DNA from: Burkholderiales bacterium
GTDB lineage: Bacteria; Pseudomonadota; Gammaproteobacteria; Burkholderiales; Burkholderiaceae_C
DNA length: 64,000 nt
Assembly (NCBI GenBank): GCA_030604135.1
Contig: JAUVWL010000007.1
Coordinates: forward strand, 92,279 to 156,278
Direction: 5' to 3'
Shown here one piece after another: positions 42,540-51,584 of the stretch; position 1 is the stretch's first letter; each line of letters opens with the position of its first letter. A program made the position numbers and the translations under genes. The notes beneath the pieces are model-generated. The model had not been told where the DNA came from. It did not search any database and saw nothing but the letters and a program-made list of their open reading frames with translations.

Positions 42540-43466
42540 TCAGTCGGCGCCGATGAGGACCCGCACGTGCGCGGCCACACTGCGCGCCAGCGGACTGAGG
42601 ACATAGCCGCCCTCCAGACAGGAGATCACCCGGCCCCGGCAGTGGCGCTGGGCCACAGTCATGAGCTGCTGGGTGACCCAGGCATAGTCGGACTCGACCA
42701 GGCCGAGGTTGCCCATGTCGTCTTCGCGGTGGGCATCGAAGCCGGCCGAGATGTAGATCATCTCGGGTGCGAAGGCGTCCAGGGCCGGAATCCAGTGTTC
42801 GGTCACGGCCGCGCGGAAAGCGTCGCTGCCCGATCGGCTGGGCAGCCCGACATTGACCATGTTCGGGCCGATGGCGCTCTCACCGTTGAAGGGGTAGAGG
42901 CCCTTTTCGAAGATCGAGCACATCAGCACCCGCTCATCACCGCGGAAGATGTCCTCGCTGCCGTTGCCGTGGTGCACGTCGAAGTCGATCAGGGCAATCC
43001 GGCTCAGGCCGTGCACGTCCAGTGCGTGGCGCACACCCACGGCCACGTTGTTGAAGAAGCAGAAACCCATGGCGGCTTCGCGTTCGGCATGGTGACCGGG
43101 CGGGCGCACACAGCAGAAGGCGGTGGGGGCTTCACCGGCAATGACCATGTCGGTGGCCTTGACGGCCGCGCCCGCAGCCCGCAAGGCGGCCTGCAGGGTG
43201 TACGGGTTCATGTTGGTGTCCGGGTCGACAGCATGCAGACCTTCGGTCGGCGAGGCGGCGAACAGTTCGCGCACGTAAAGCGAAGCATGGGCACGCCCGA
43301 GTTGCTCTTCGGTGGCCAGTGGGGCATCGACCGGGATCATGCAGTCGAGCAGGCCCTTGACCAGCAGGTGGTCGTTGATGGCGCCCAGGCGTTCGGGGCA
43401 TTCGGGGTGATCGGGGCCCATGGCGTGGCGGGCACAGTCGCTGTGGGTGATGTAGGCGGACAACAT
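42540..43466 (-). CDS. histone deacetylase-family (Zn-dependent) deacetylase (308 aa)
   Basis: Motifs RPPGHHAE, DFDVHHGNG, GFDAHREDD. Confidence 0.85.
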   Translation of the reverse strand: MLSAYITHSDCARHAMGPDHPECPERLGAINDHLLVKGLLDCMIPVDAPLATEEQLGRAHASLYVRELFAASPTEGLHAVDPDTNMNPYTLQAALRAAGAAVKATDMVIAGEAPTAFCCVRPPGHHAEREAAMGFCFFNNVAVGVRHALDVHGLSRIALIDFDVHHGNGSEDIFRGDERVLMCSIFEKGLYPFNGESAIGPNMVNVGLPSRSGSDAFRAAVTEHWIPALDAFAPEMIYISAGFDAHREDDMGNLGLVESDYAWVTQQLMTVAQRHCRGRVISCLEGGYVLSPLARSVAAHVRVLIGAD

Positions 43467-43597
43467 GGCAAGGTCTCCTCGGCGATCGGGTCGGTTCCGA
43501 TCCTGCGGCGGGACCAGTCACCACCTTCACTTTAGGAGTTCAACCTGACGTCAGCCTTGATGTTGAGCAATGTTCTCGAGTGGGGTCTGCAGCTTGG

Positions 43598-44809
43598 TCA
43601 GGCCAGCCCGGTCAGGCTGGCCGCGACCGCGCGCTTGAAAGGCACAAAACGCTCGCCCAGCTGCACCAGCGCATGGCGGATCAGGCGCGCCGGTACCTGT
43701 TCGCGTGTGTAGAGCGAGGCGACGGCGTGGGTGGCGAAATACAGGCCGCGGCTGGCCGAGCGGTGCCGTCGCTGGTAACGCGCCAGGCCGGCCGTCTCGG
43801 CGATGTCTGCACCGCGCCGTTGCGCCTGCAACACCACCTCCGACAAGGCCTGCACGCTGTGCAGACCGAGGTTGAACCCGTGGGCTGTGACCGGGTGCAT
43901 GCCGACCGCTGCATCGCCGATGGCGGCAAAACGCCGACCCACCAGGGCGTGTGGCCAGACACCGACCAGGGGGTAGGCGTGGCGTGTGCTGACCAGGCGC
44001 ATGGCCCCCAGTTGGGAGGCGAAGCGCAGGGTGATGGCTTCGTTGAAGGCGACCTCGGACAAGGCCATCAGGGGGTCGATGTCCTGGCTGGGCAGGGTCA
44101 GCACCACCGAGGAACGGTGGCGCCCGGTCTGCTCGCAGGGATTCATCGGCAGCAGGGCCAAGGTCTGGCCGTGGTCGAACCATTCCCAGGCGGTGGCGTG
44201 GTGCGGCTCGTCGTGGGTCATCTGGCACACCAGCATGGTGCGGCCGTAGTCATGCAGGTCGGCGCCAATGCCCATGGCGCGGCGGGTGAGCGAATGCCGG
44301 CTGTCGGCGGCCACGGCCAGGCGGGCCGTCAGCGTTTGGCCATCGTCGAGTGTGGCGCGGGCGGCCTCTGCGTCGGTGCGGATCTGCACCACCCGCCGGC
44401 CGTGCAGCAAGGTGGGTGCCTGACCGGGTTCAGAGGCGCCGAAACTGGCCTGCCAGGCGGCGCGCCGGATGTGGTGGTTGCCAACCAGAAAACCCAGTTC
44501 CTGGCAGTGGCTGAGTTCATGGCCGATGCGCATGCGCGCCTGTCGCCCGGCGGGGTGCCCGTCGAGCACCAGGGCATCCTTGAGGGGAGCGATGTGGTCC
44601 TGTCCCAGATGTGGCCACAGGCCGAGCTCGCGCAGGTGCTGGGCACTGCGCTGTGTCAGCGCAATCTCGCGTCCGTCAAACGGCGGGTCGGCCAGGGCAT
44701 CGCGGTCCTGGGGGTCCACCAGCGCCACCGACAGACCGCTGTGGCGCAGAGCGCGGGCCAGGCACAGCCCGGCCGGGCCTGCCCCGATCACAAGGAGGTC
44801 GAAATCCAT
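43598..44809 (-). CDS. UbiH/UbiF/VisC-family FAD-dependent monooxygenase (403 aa)
   Basis: MDFDLLVIGAGPAGLCLA Rossmann motif. …GDAAVGMHPVTAHGFNLG. Confidence 0.8.
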   Translation of the reverse strand: MDFDLLVIGAGPAGLCLARALRHSGLSVALVDPQDRDALADPPFDGREIALTQRSAQHLRELGLWPHLGQDHIAPLKDALVLDGHPAGRQARMRIGHELSHCQELGFLVGNHHIRRAAWQASFGASEPGQAPTLLHGRRVVQIRTDAEAARATLDDGQTLTARLAVAADSRHSLTRRAMGIGADLHDYGRTMLVCQMTHDEPHHATAWEWFDHGQTLALLPMNPCEQTGRHRSSVVLTLPSQDIDPLMALSEVAFNEAITLRFASQLGAMRLVSTRHAYPLVGVWPHALVGRRFAAIGDAAVGMHPVTAHGFNLGLHSVQALSEVVLQAQRRGADIAETAGLARYQRRHRSASRGLYFATHAVASLYTREQVPARLIRHALVQLGERFVPFKRAVAASLTGLA

Positions 44810-44882
44810 GGAGCGCCAGCATACGCGCCACCGCCACTGGCTCGCTTGACGCAGGTCAAGCGAGTGGTGGGGCCGAGGGACC

Positions 44883-45518
44883 TCAGCTCTGGGGCTGGCA
44901 GGGCATGCCACCCATGCCCATGCCCTGACCGTGCCGGTGCATCATCTTGCCGCTGGCCTGGCCCGGTTTGCCGGATTCGCCCTGCATGCCCATGCGGTGT
45001 CCACCGTGCATGCCGGTGCGCATCATGCCGCCCATGGCACGCTGGTCGAAGACCTGCTTCTGCTCGTCGCTCAGCGTGGCATAGAGGCTGCGTGTGGCGT
45101 CGATGCGCTGTTTCATGGCGGCGCTGTGGGCCTCATGCTGTGCCTCCATGCGTTCCAGTCGCTGCACCGTGTTCAGCTGGGACCAGTCGGCGCGCTCGGC
45201 TGCGGCCCTGGGCTGCGCATCGGGCGAGGTTCGGGCCACAAAGGCCAGCCAGGCTGGTTCCTGTTCGGGCGTGAGCTTCAGGTCGGTCTTGAGCTGCTCC
45301 AGGCGTTCGGTGCGCTGGGCCTGCATGTGTTCGCGGTACTGGCCGTGGCGGTGCATCCGGCCCATGCGGGGTGTTTCGGCTTTCTGGACCTCAGCCGATG
45401 CGGCCTGGGGGGCCTCGGGGGTGGTGCTGCCCTGGGCGATCGCGGTGGCCGAGACACCGAGCACGGCAGCAGCCAGGCTCAGCGACAACAGGGTCTTGCG
45501 GGGAAGGTGCTGGATCAT
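44883..45518 (-). CDS. periplasmic Spy/CpxP-family (LTXXQ) protein with Met/His-rich C-terminus (211 aa)
   Basis: Signal peptide MIQHLPRKTLLSLSLAAAVLGVSATAIA. LTPEQ and LSDEQ motifs. C-terminus MGGMMRTGMHGGHRMGMQ…MMHRHGQGMGMGGM. GGAG SD. Confidence 0.7.
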   Translation of the reverse strand: MIQHLPRKTLLSLSLAAAVLGVSATAIAQGSTTPEAPQAASAEVQKAETPRMGRMHRHGQYREHMQAQRTERLEQLKTDLKLTPEQEPAWLAFVARTSPDAQPRAAAERADWSQLNTVQRLERMEAQHEAHSAAMKQRIDATRSLYATLSDEQKQVFDQRAMGGMMRTGMHGGHRMGMQGESGKPGQASGKMMHRHGQGMGMGGMPCQPQS

Positions 45519-45690
45519 GGGGTCACTCCTTGAAAGGGGGGAACAGAAGGCGGGGCCGGGAGCTTGGCCAGGCACCGCATCGAGGACTCCAGTGTCAAAG
45601 CCGGGTGTGTCTGTCCTGTGCGTGAAAGATGACCCTGTGTAAAGTTTTGTTCCACTGTCTGACGGCTTTCCGTCTGGGTCTTGACCCAGG

Positions 45691-46140
45691 TCAAGGGTGG
45701 GCCAGATCGTCCAGGATCGGGCAGTCGGGACGCTCGTCACCCGGGCAGGCACAGAGCAGGGCCTGCAAGCTGCGCTGCATGGCTTGCATCTGTTCGATGC
45801 GCCTGTGCAGCTCATCCAGGTGGTGCTGGGCCACCTTCTTGACGCTGGCGCTGCTGCGGCGGCGGTCCTGCCACAAGCCCAGCAGTTCGGTGATCGCGTC
45901 CAGACCGAAGCCAAGGTCTCGGGCGCGCCGGATGAAGCGCAGGGTGTGCACATCGGCCAGGCTGTATTGCCGGTAGTTGCTGCCTGTGCGCGCGACGTGG
46001 CCCAGCAGGCCCAGCGATTCGTAGTGCCGCAGCATCTTGGGCGAGATGCCGCTCAGGCTGGCGGCGGTGCCGATGGGCACCGGCCAATGCACGGTGCTGT
46101 CCCGGTCTTGCGCCGTGGACTGCAGCAGGCCGGGCTTCAT
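45691..46140 (-). CDS. cueR: MerR-family Cu(I)-responsive regulator CueR-like (149 aa)
   Basis: HTH …SGISPKMLRHYESLGLL… and C-terminal CACPGDERPDCPIL metal loop. ATGA overlap with the copZ stop. Confidence 0.8.
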   Translation of the reverse strand: MKPGLLQSTAQDRDSTVHWPVPIGTAASLSGISPKMLRHYESLGLLGHVARTGSNYRQYSLADVHTLRFIRRARDLGFGLDAITELLGLWQDRRRSSASVKKVAQHHLDELHRRIEQMQAMQRSLQALLCACPGDERPDCPILDDLAHP

Positions 46141-46334
46141 GCGGCGACGGTGTAACCCTCTTCGCGAATGGCCTGGGCAATGGCTTCGCGTTCGAGGGCC
46201 GATTCCACTTCGACCCGGTTCTGACTGCGGTCGACCTGTACCGTGGCCTTGGGGTCGATTTCGCGGATGGCGCTGATCACGGCTTTTTCGCAGTGGCCGC
46301 AGGTCATACCCTGCACGTCGAAGATCTGGCTCAT
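46137..46334 (-). CDS. copZ: CopZ-like heavy-metal-associated chaperone (65 aa)
   Basis: MSQIFDVQGMTCGHCEKAV. GGAG SD. The longer track start at 46388 lies inside the operator palindrome. Confidence 0.8.
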   Translation of the reverse strand: MSQIFDVQGMTCGHCEKAVISAIREIDPKATVQVDRSQNRVEVESALEREAIAQAIREEGYTVAA

Positions 46335-46371
46335 GGGGAACTCCTTGGGATATGCCTGTTTCGAAGCTTGT

Positions 46372-46402
46372 ATTTTCAACCTTGACATGGTGTCAAGGTC
46401 AA
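46372..46402 (-). promoter_or_regulatory. MerR-type promoter for copZ-cueR with CueR-box dyad
   Basis: Minus strand reads TTGACC-N19-GAAAAT. Perfect dyad ACCTTGACA-N3-TGTCAAGGT (46379-46399), with the same outer arms as the E. coli copA CueR box. Confidence 0.6.
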
Positions 46403-46425
46403 GCGCTTTGTTACCCGGGCAGGTC

Positions 46426-46456
46426 TTGACCTTGCCATCATGTGAGGCTTTATGCT
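46426..46456 (+). promoter_or_regulatory. candidate MerR-type promoter for copA (19-bp spacer)
   Basis: TTGACC-N19-TATGCT. The -10 ends 6 nt before ATG 46463. The dyad in the spacer is weak. Confidence 0.4.
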
Positions 46457-46462
46457 CAAGGC

Positions 46463-48706
46463 ATGGATTCCGTGATCGATCTGGGTATTGGCGGCATGAC
46501 CTGTGCCTCCTGTGTGTCGCGTGTGGAGCGGGTGCTCAAGAAGCAGCCTGGGGTGGCCGAGGCGTCGGTGAATCTGGCGACCGAGTCGGCCCGGGTCATG
46601 CTGGCGGGCGAAGCCGCTGAGGACACCCTGTTGCGACTCAAGCGCGCGGTGCGCGATGCGGGTTACGAGCCGCGATCGCCCATGGCCACACAAGAGGAAA
46701 CACCCCCCGGCTGGCTGGGTGTGCCACGTGATGCCTGGCCGGTGGTGGCCGCCCTGTTGCTGGCAGCGCCATTGGCCTTGCCCATGGTCGGTGATCTGTT
46801 TGGCAAGCACTGGATGCTGCCCGCCTGGGCGCAGTTCCTGCTGGCCACGCCGGTGCAGTTTGTGCTGGGTGCCCGTTTCTACAGGGCTGGCTGGCACGCA
46901 CTCAAGGCCTTGACCGGCAACATGGAGCTGCTGGTGGCCATTGGCACCACGGCGGGCTGGTCCTTGTCAACCTGGTTGTGGTGGCGGGCCGAACCCGGTG
47001 AAATGGTCCACCTCTATTACGAGGCCTCGGCGGTGGTGATTGCCCTGGTGCTGCTGGGCAAGTGGCTGGAGTCACGGGCCAAGCGCCAGGCCACCGATGC
47101 CATCCGTGCCCTGCATGCCTTGCGGCCCGAGCGGGCCCACCTGCTGCCCGACGGCGTCAAGCGCACCGAACTGACCGATGTGGCGGTGGACGAACTGCTG
47201 CCCGGTGACCTGGTTCGGGTGCTGCCCGGCGAGCGCTTCCCGGCCGATGGCGAGGTGCTGATCGGTGAATCGCAGGCCGACGAGTCCATGCTGACCGGCG
47301 AATCGATGCCGGTGCCCAAACAGCCCGGCGATGGGGTCACGGGCGGGGCCATCAATGGCGACGGCTCGCTGGAGGTGCGGGTGCGCGCGGTGGGTGCCCA
47401 GAGCGTGCTCTCGCACATCATCGCCCTGGTGCAGGACGCCCAGGCGGCCAAGGCGCCGGTGCAGCGGCTGGTCGACCGCGTCGCGGCGGTGTTCGTGCCG
47501 GCGGTGCTGCTGATTGCCATGGCCACCCTGGTGGTCTGGTGGCAGCTGGGCGCCCCCATCGAGACCGCCCTGCTCAATGCCGTGTCGGTGCTGGTGATCG
47601 CCTGTCCGTGTGCACTGGGTCTGGCCACCCCGGCGGCCATCATGACCGGAACCGGGGTGGCGGCGCGCCACGGCATCCTGATCAAGGACCCGGTGGCGCT
47701 GGAGATGGCACACCGGGTGGACACGGTTGCATTCGACAAGACCGGCACGCTGACCGAAGGCCACCCTCGGCTGCGCATGGTCGAGGTGGCCGACGGGGTG
47801 GACGAACTGGCGGTGCTGCAGGCCGCTGGCACGCTGCAGAGCCAGAGCACCCACCCGCTGGCCCAGGCGGTCGTTGATGGTGCACGTGCGCATGGGTTGC
47901 GCATTGAACCCGAGACCGCGCGCGATGTGCAGGCGGTGCCGGGCCGGGGCATGGTCGGGCGTGTCACCGGTGCCTGGCTGGCCCTGGGCAGCCTGCGCTG
48001 GATGCAGGAACTCGCGGTTCCTGACTGCCCCCTGGTGCAGCGTGCGCTGGTGCTGCAGGAGGAAGGCGGCACCGTGTCGATGCTGGCCACCGGCAGCGAA
48101 GAGGGTGTCTGGACGCCGCTGGCCCTGTTCGTGTTCGGTGACGAAGCCAAACCCGGTGCGGCTGCAGCGCTGGAGAGCCTGCGCGAGCAGGGTATGCGTC
48201 TGCGCATGGTGTCGGGCGACAGCCGCGGCGCTGCGCTGGCCATGGGCCACCTGCTGGGCCTGCGCGCCGACCAGGGCGAGGTGCTGGCCGAGGTTTTGCC
48301 AGGTGACAAGGCCCGCGCAATAGAGAACCTCCGGGACAAAGGCCAGCATACAGTTGCCATGGTGGGCGACGGGGTCAACGACGCCCCGGCACTGGCCGCT
48401 GCCGATGTGGGCATTGCCATGAGCCACAGCCAGGGTGGTGGTTCGGACGTGGCCATGCACGCGGCCGGCATCACCCTCATGCGCGGCGACGTGGCCCTGG
48501 TGGGTGCTGCGCTGGACATTTCGCACCGCACAGTCTCCAAGATCCGCCAGAACCTGTTCTGGGCTTTTGCTTACAACACCGCCGGTATTCCACTGGCTGC
48601 GATGGGCTTCCTCAGCCCGGTACTGGCCGGTGCTGCCATGGCCTTGAGTTCGGTCAGTGTGGTCAGCAACGCCCTGCTGCTGCGACGCTGGCAACCGCCC
48701 CGATAG
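46463..48706 (+). CDS. copA: copper-translocating P1B-type ATPase CopA (747 aa)
   Basis: GMTCASC HMA domain, CPC motif (IACPCALGLATP), DKTGT, GDGVNDAP. Confidence 0.9.
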   Translation: MDSVIDLGIGGMTCASCVSRVERVLKKQPGVAEASVNLATESARVMLAGEAAEDTLLRLKRAVRDAGYEPRSPMATQEETPPGWLGVPRDAWPVVAALLLAAPLALPMVGDLFGKHWMLPAWAQFLLATPVQFVLGARFYRAGWHALKALTGNMELLVAIGTTAGWSLSTWLWWRAEPGEMVHLYYEASAVVIALVLLGKWLESRAKRQATDAIRALHALRPERAHLLPDGVKRTELTDVAVDELLPGDLVRVLPGERFPADGEVLIGESQADESMLTGESMPVPKQPGDGVTGGAINGDGSLEVRVRAVGAQSVLSHIIALVQDAQAAKAPVQRLVDRVAAVFVPAVLLIAMATLVVWWQLGAPIETALLNAVSVLVIACPCALGLATPAAIMTGTGVAARHGILIKDPVALEMAHRVDTVAFDKTGTLTEGHPRLRMVEVADGVDELAVLQAAGTLQSQSTHPLAQAVVDGARAHGLRIEPETARDVQAVPGRGMVGRVTGAWLALGSLRWMQELAVPDCPLVQRALVLQEEGGTVSMLATGSEEGVWTPLALFVFGDEAKPGAAAALESLREQGMRLRMVSGDSRGAALAMGHLLGLRADQGEVLAEVLPGDKARAIENLRDKGQHTVAMVGDGVNDAPALAAADVGIAMSHSQGGGSDVAMHAAGITLMRGDVALVGAALDISHRTVSKIRQNLFWAFAYNTAGIPLAAMGFLSPVLAGAAMALSSVSVVSNALLLRRWQPPR

Positions 48707-48811
48707 CGTCCACGGGCCACAGGCGCTTTCGTTGATGCCGGCCACAGCCTGCCCCCGTGTAGGCCTGGAGCGGGTATAGAGGGACAGCCACAGACCCGTT
48801 GCAGTTCGTGG

Positions 48812-48989
48812 ACACCCGCGTGCGCGGGTGTGACGGGGCCAGGGTGTTGTGGTCGCTGTGTCTTGTGGCCCCTTCTGCCATCCACTTCCATCATCCCCGC
48901 GCATGCGGGCATCCAGCGGCAGGCACAGACCTCCCCTTTTCTCAGCCCCTTCCGTCATGCCTGCGCACAGCCTGCTCCCGCGAAGGCAT
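48812..48989. repeat. cluster of REP-like palindromes downstream of copA
   Basis: ACACCCGCG-TG-CGCGGGTGT (48812-48831). CCCGC-GCAT-GCGGG (48896-48909). ATGCCT…AGGCAT (48957-48989). Confidence 0.7.
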
Positions 48990-49119
48990 TGGGCGGGCAA
49001 GAACGTCCAGTTACCATCTCCTGGGCAAGGCTTGACGTGCATCAACGCGCGTGGGCTTCAAATCGGAGATGCTCACACACTCAGGGCTTCATGCGAGAGC
49101 CCATCTTGGAGACACGACC

Positions 49120-49716
49120 ATGAACCACAAAGCCCTGCAAGTCATTCGTGACGAACATGCCAGTCTGGCGGCCATGCTGCGCTCGCTGGTGCAGATGGTG
49201 CGCCGAGGCCCCGAGCCGGACGGCAAAGACGAGCACGAACGCTTTTTTGATGTGCTTCGGGCCATGCTGTTCTACATCGACGAGTTTCCCGAAAAACTGC
49301 ACCACCCCAAGGAAACCGATCTGCTGTTTCCGCGCATCGCCCAGGCCTCACCCGAGGTGGTCGATGCCATTGCCCAGCTCGACCGCGATCACGACGTCAG
49401 CGAGGGCAAGGTGCGTGAACTCATGCACCTGCTGATGGCCTGGGAATACCTGGGCGACACGCGTCGGCAGGCGTTCGAAGACGCCGCCAAGCTGTACGTC
49501 GAGCGGTATCTGCAGCACATGGGGCTGGAAGAATCGGTGGTGCTGCCGGCGGCAGAGAAGTCGCTCACCGATGCCGACTGGCACGCCCTGAACGCGGCCT
49601 TTGCCACCAACCAGGACCCGCTGAACGCCCGTATCCCACGCGACCCGATGTTCGATCGGCTGTTCACCCGCATCGTGATGAAGGCACCTGCACCGGTGGG
49701 CCTGGGGCAGGACTGA
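49120..49716 (+). CDS. hemerythrin-domain protein (198 aa)
   Basis: GGAG SD. …IRDEHASLAAML… and …FPEKLHHPKETDLLFP… His/Glu motifs. Confidence 0.7.
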   Translation: MNHKALQVIRDEHASLAAMLRSLVQMVRRGPEPDGKDEHERFFDVLRAMLFYIDEFPEKLHHPKETDLLFPRIAQASPEVVDAIAQLDRDHDVSEGKVRELMHLLMAWEYLGDTRRQAFEDAAKLYVERYLQHMGLEESVVLPAAEKSLTDADWHALNAAFATNQDPLNARIPRDPMFDRLFTRIVMKAPAPVGLGQD

Positions 49717-49783
49717 TAGGCTGAAAGGCAATCGGGCAGGCCCAACTCCCTCTCAGCTACTGAGGCACCGCCACCTTTCGTCC

Positions 49784-49813
49784 CGTCGTGCCCGCGGATG
49801 CAGGCATCCATGT
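49784..49813. repeat. REP-like element (CGTCGTGCCCGCGGATGCAGGCATCCATG)
   Basis: Shares CGTCGTG…GGCATCCA with the copy at 39683. Confidence 0.55.
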
Positions 49814-49961
49814 GCACCCATTGCGGTTTGATCCGCAAAGGTTAAGCAAAGCATTGCCGTTCATCCGCCAGAGCAATAAAAACCCTCTATCCACCTTCCG
49901 TAACAAAAGGTTTTTTGGAATACTTAGGGTTTCATTGGTCTTGCCGCTAACGTGGTGCCCC

Positions 49962-50534
49962 ATGTCCCAATCAGTCAACCCCCTGTCGCAGCCCGAGGGC
50001 GCCGAAGTGCCGGTGTCCTTGCGGGCCCTCATGCAGCAGCTCGGTCAGGTCGCCGGTGTCCAGGGTTTGTCGGCACACGGCCGTTTTTTCGATGCGTTTC
50101 GGGCCATCTGCCTGACGGTGGATCCGACCCTGTTGTGGCAGTCACAGAGCAACGGTCTGGCCGATTTCCTGGCCGCCATCTGCAGTGTGGAAGACCGGGT
50201 TCAGGACGGCTCGCTGGACGATGAGGCCAGTCTGGATGCCCTGATGGCCGTGCTGGCGGTGCACGGTTACCTCTCGCCAGCGGCCCGGCCGGTGCTGACC
50301 GACCGCCTCAGGCGCACGCTGGCCTCCTACCAGTCGGCGTTCTGGCAGGAAGACGAGGCCCCAGCCGCTGAAATTGCCCCGCCTTCGCCAGTGGACAGCC
50401 TGGTCGACTGGAACGCCCTGGGCGTGCGCCTGATGCCGTCGTCCAGCGACCGGGCAGACCCGGCAGATGCCCAGGACGACGCGGAATGGGAAGCCTTCCC
50501 GGCCATCTTCCCCAACGGGCCGACCCTGCACTAG
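49962..50534 (+). CDS. acidic hypothetical protein (190 aa)
   Basis: Internal ATG 49962. The upstream part of the track ORF reads through a REP element and AT-rich DNA. Confidence 0.5.
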   Translation: MSQSVNPLSQPEGAEVPVSLRALMQQLGQVAGVQGLSAHGRFFDAFRAICLTVDPTLLWQSQSNGLADFLAAICSVEDRVQDGSLDDEASLDALMAVLAVHGYLSPAARPVLTDRLRRTLASYQSAFWQEDEAPAAEIAPPSPVDSLVDWNALGVRLMPSSSDRADPADAQDDAEWEAFPAIFPNGPTLH

Positions 50535-50640
50535 TCATGGTTGGGGCCGGTTGGCCCTGCCGACCGCGTCCAAGTGGACCTGCCGGTCTGGGAGAAGATG
50601 GCGTATCGTCGCGCCAATTGCATCTTCTTCGGACCCCGCC

Positions 50641-51582
50641 ATGGCCATCGGTCAATTCGCCTACGCCAACCACAGCACCCGCTTTCTGGCCTGTGAGCCC
50701 CTGGCCGACCAGCCGTTCGCGGTGGCCGGAGTGCCCTACGACGGGGTGGTGACCAACCGCCCCGGGGCGCGCTTCGGGCCGCAGGCCATTCGCAGCGCCA
50801 GCCTGATGCTGTGTGACGGCATTCACCCGGTGTTCGACGTGTCGCCGCTGGAGCACCTGGGCGATGCGCTGGACCTGCGCCTGCCCAATGCCTCGCCGCT
50901 GGATGAGGTGCGCCGGCACATCGAAAGCCAGGCGGCCGAGCTGATGGCGCGCCACCACTGTGTGTTCCTGGGGGGTGACCACTCGGTGACCTTGTCCTTG
51001 CTGCGTGCGGCCCGGGCACGCCACGGTGGTCAGCCGCTGGCCCTGGTGCATTTCGATGCCCACTGCGACACCTGGACCGACCATTTCGGCGAGCCCTCGG
51101 GCCACGGCACCTGGACCTACGAGGCTTTGCAGGAGGGCCTGGTCAGCGCCGCCCACACGGTACAGATCGGCATACGCTCCGCGGGCGTGCGCGAAGCGCG
51201 CGAGTACGTGGCCGACCAGGGTGGGCAGATCTTCACCGCCCGTGCCCTGCGCGGTCTCGACGGCGCCGGTCTGCAGCCGGTGATCGCTGCCATCCGCGAC
51301 CGCATCGGCCAGCGCCCCTGCTACCTCAGCCTGGACATCGACTGCCTGGATCCGGCGTTCGCGCCCGGCACCGGCACGCCCGAGCCCGGTGGGATGACCA
51401 GCTCACAGGTGCTGACCCTGCTCGAGGACCTGGCCGATCTGAACTGGATCGGCATGGACTGCGTGGAAGTGGCCCCGGCCTACGACCATGCCGAGCTGAC
51501 CAGCAACGCCGCCGCCAGCTTTGTCTGGACCTACCTGTGCGGGCAGGTGGCGCGCCGTCTGGGCCGCCTGGCGGAGGTCTGA
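50641..51582 (+). CDS. ureohydrolase (agmatinase/guanidinobutyrase family, 313 aa)
   Basis: Mn-binding motifs GGDHS, FDAHCD, SLDIDCLDPAFAPGTGTPEPGG. Confidence 0.8.
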   Translation: MAIGQFAYANHSTRFLACEPLADQPFAVAGVPYDGVVTNRPGARFGPQAIRSASLMLCDGIHPVFDVSPLEHLGDALDLRLPNASPLDEVRRHIESQAAELMARHHCVFLGGDHSVTLSLLRAARARHGGQPLALVHFDAHCDTWTDHFGEPSGHGTWTYEALQEGLVSAAHTVQIGIRSAGVREAREYVADQGGQIFTARALRGLDGAGLQPVIAAIRDRIGQRPCYLSLDIDCLDPAFAPGTGTPEPGGMTSSQVLTLLEDLADLNWIGMDCVEVAPAYDHAELTSNAAASFVWTYLCGQVARRLGRLAEV

Positions 51583-51584
51583 TC

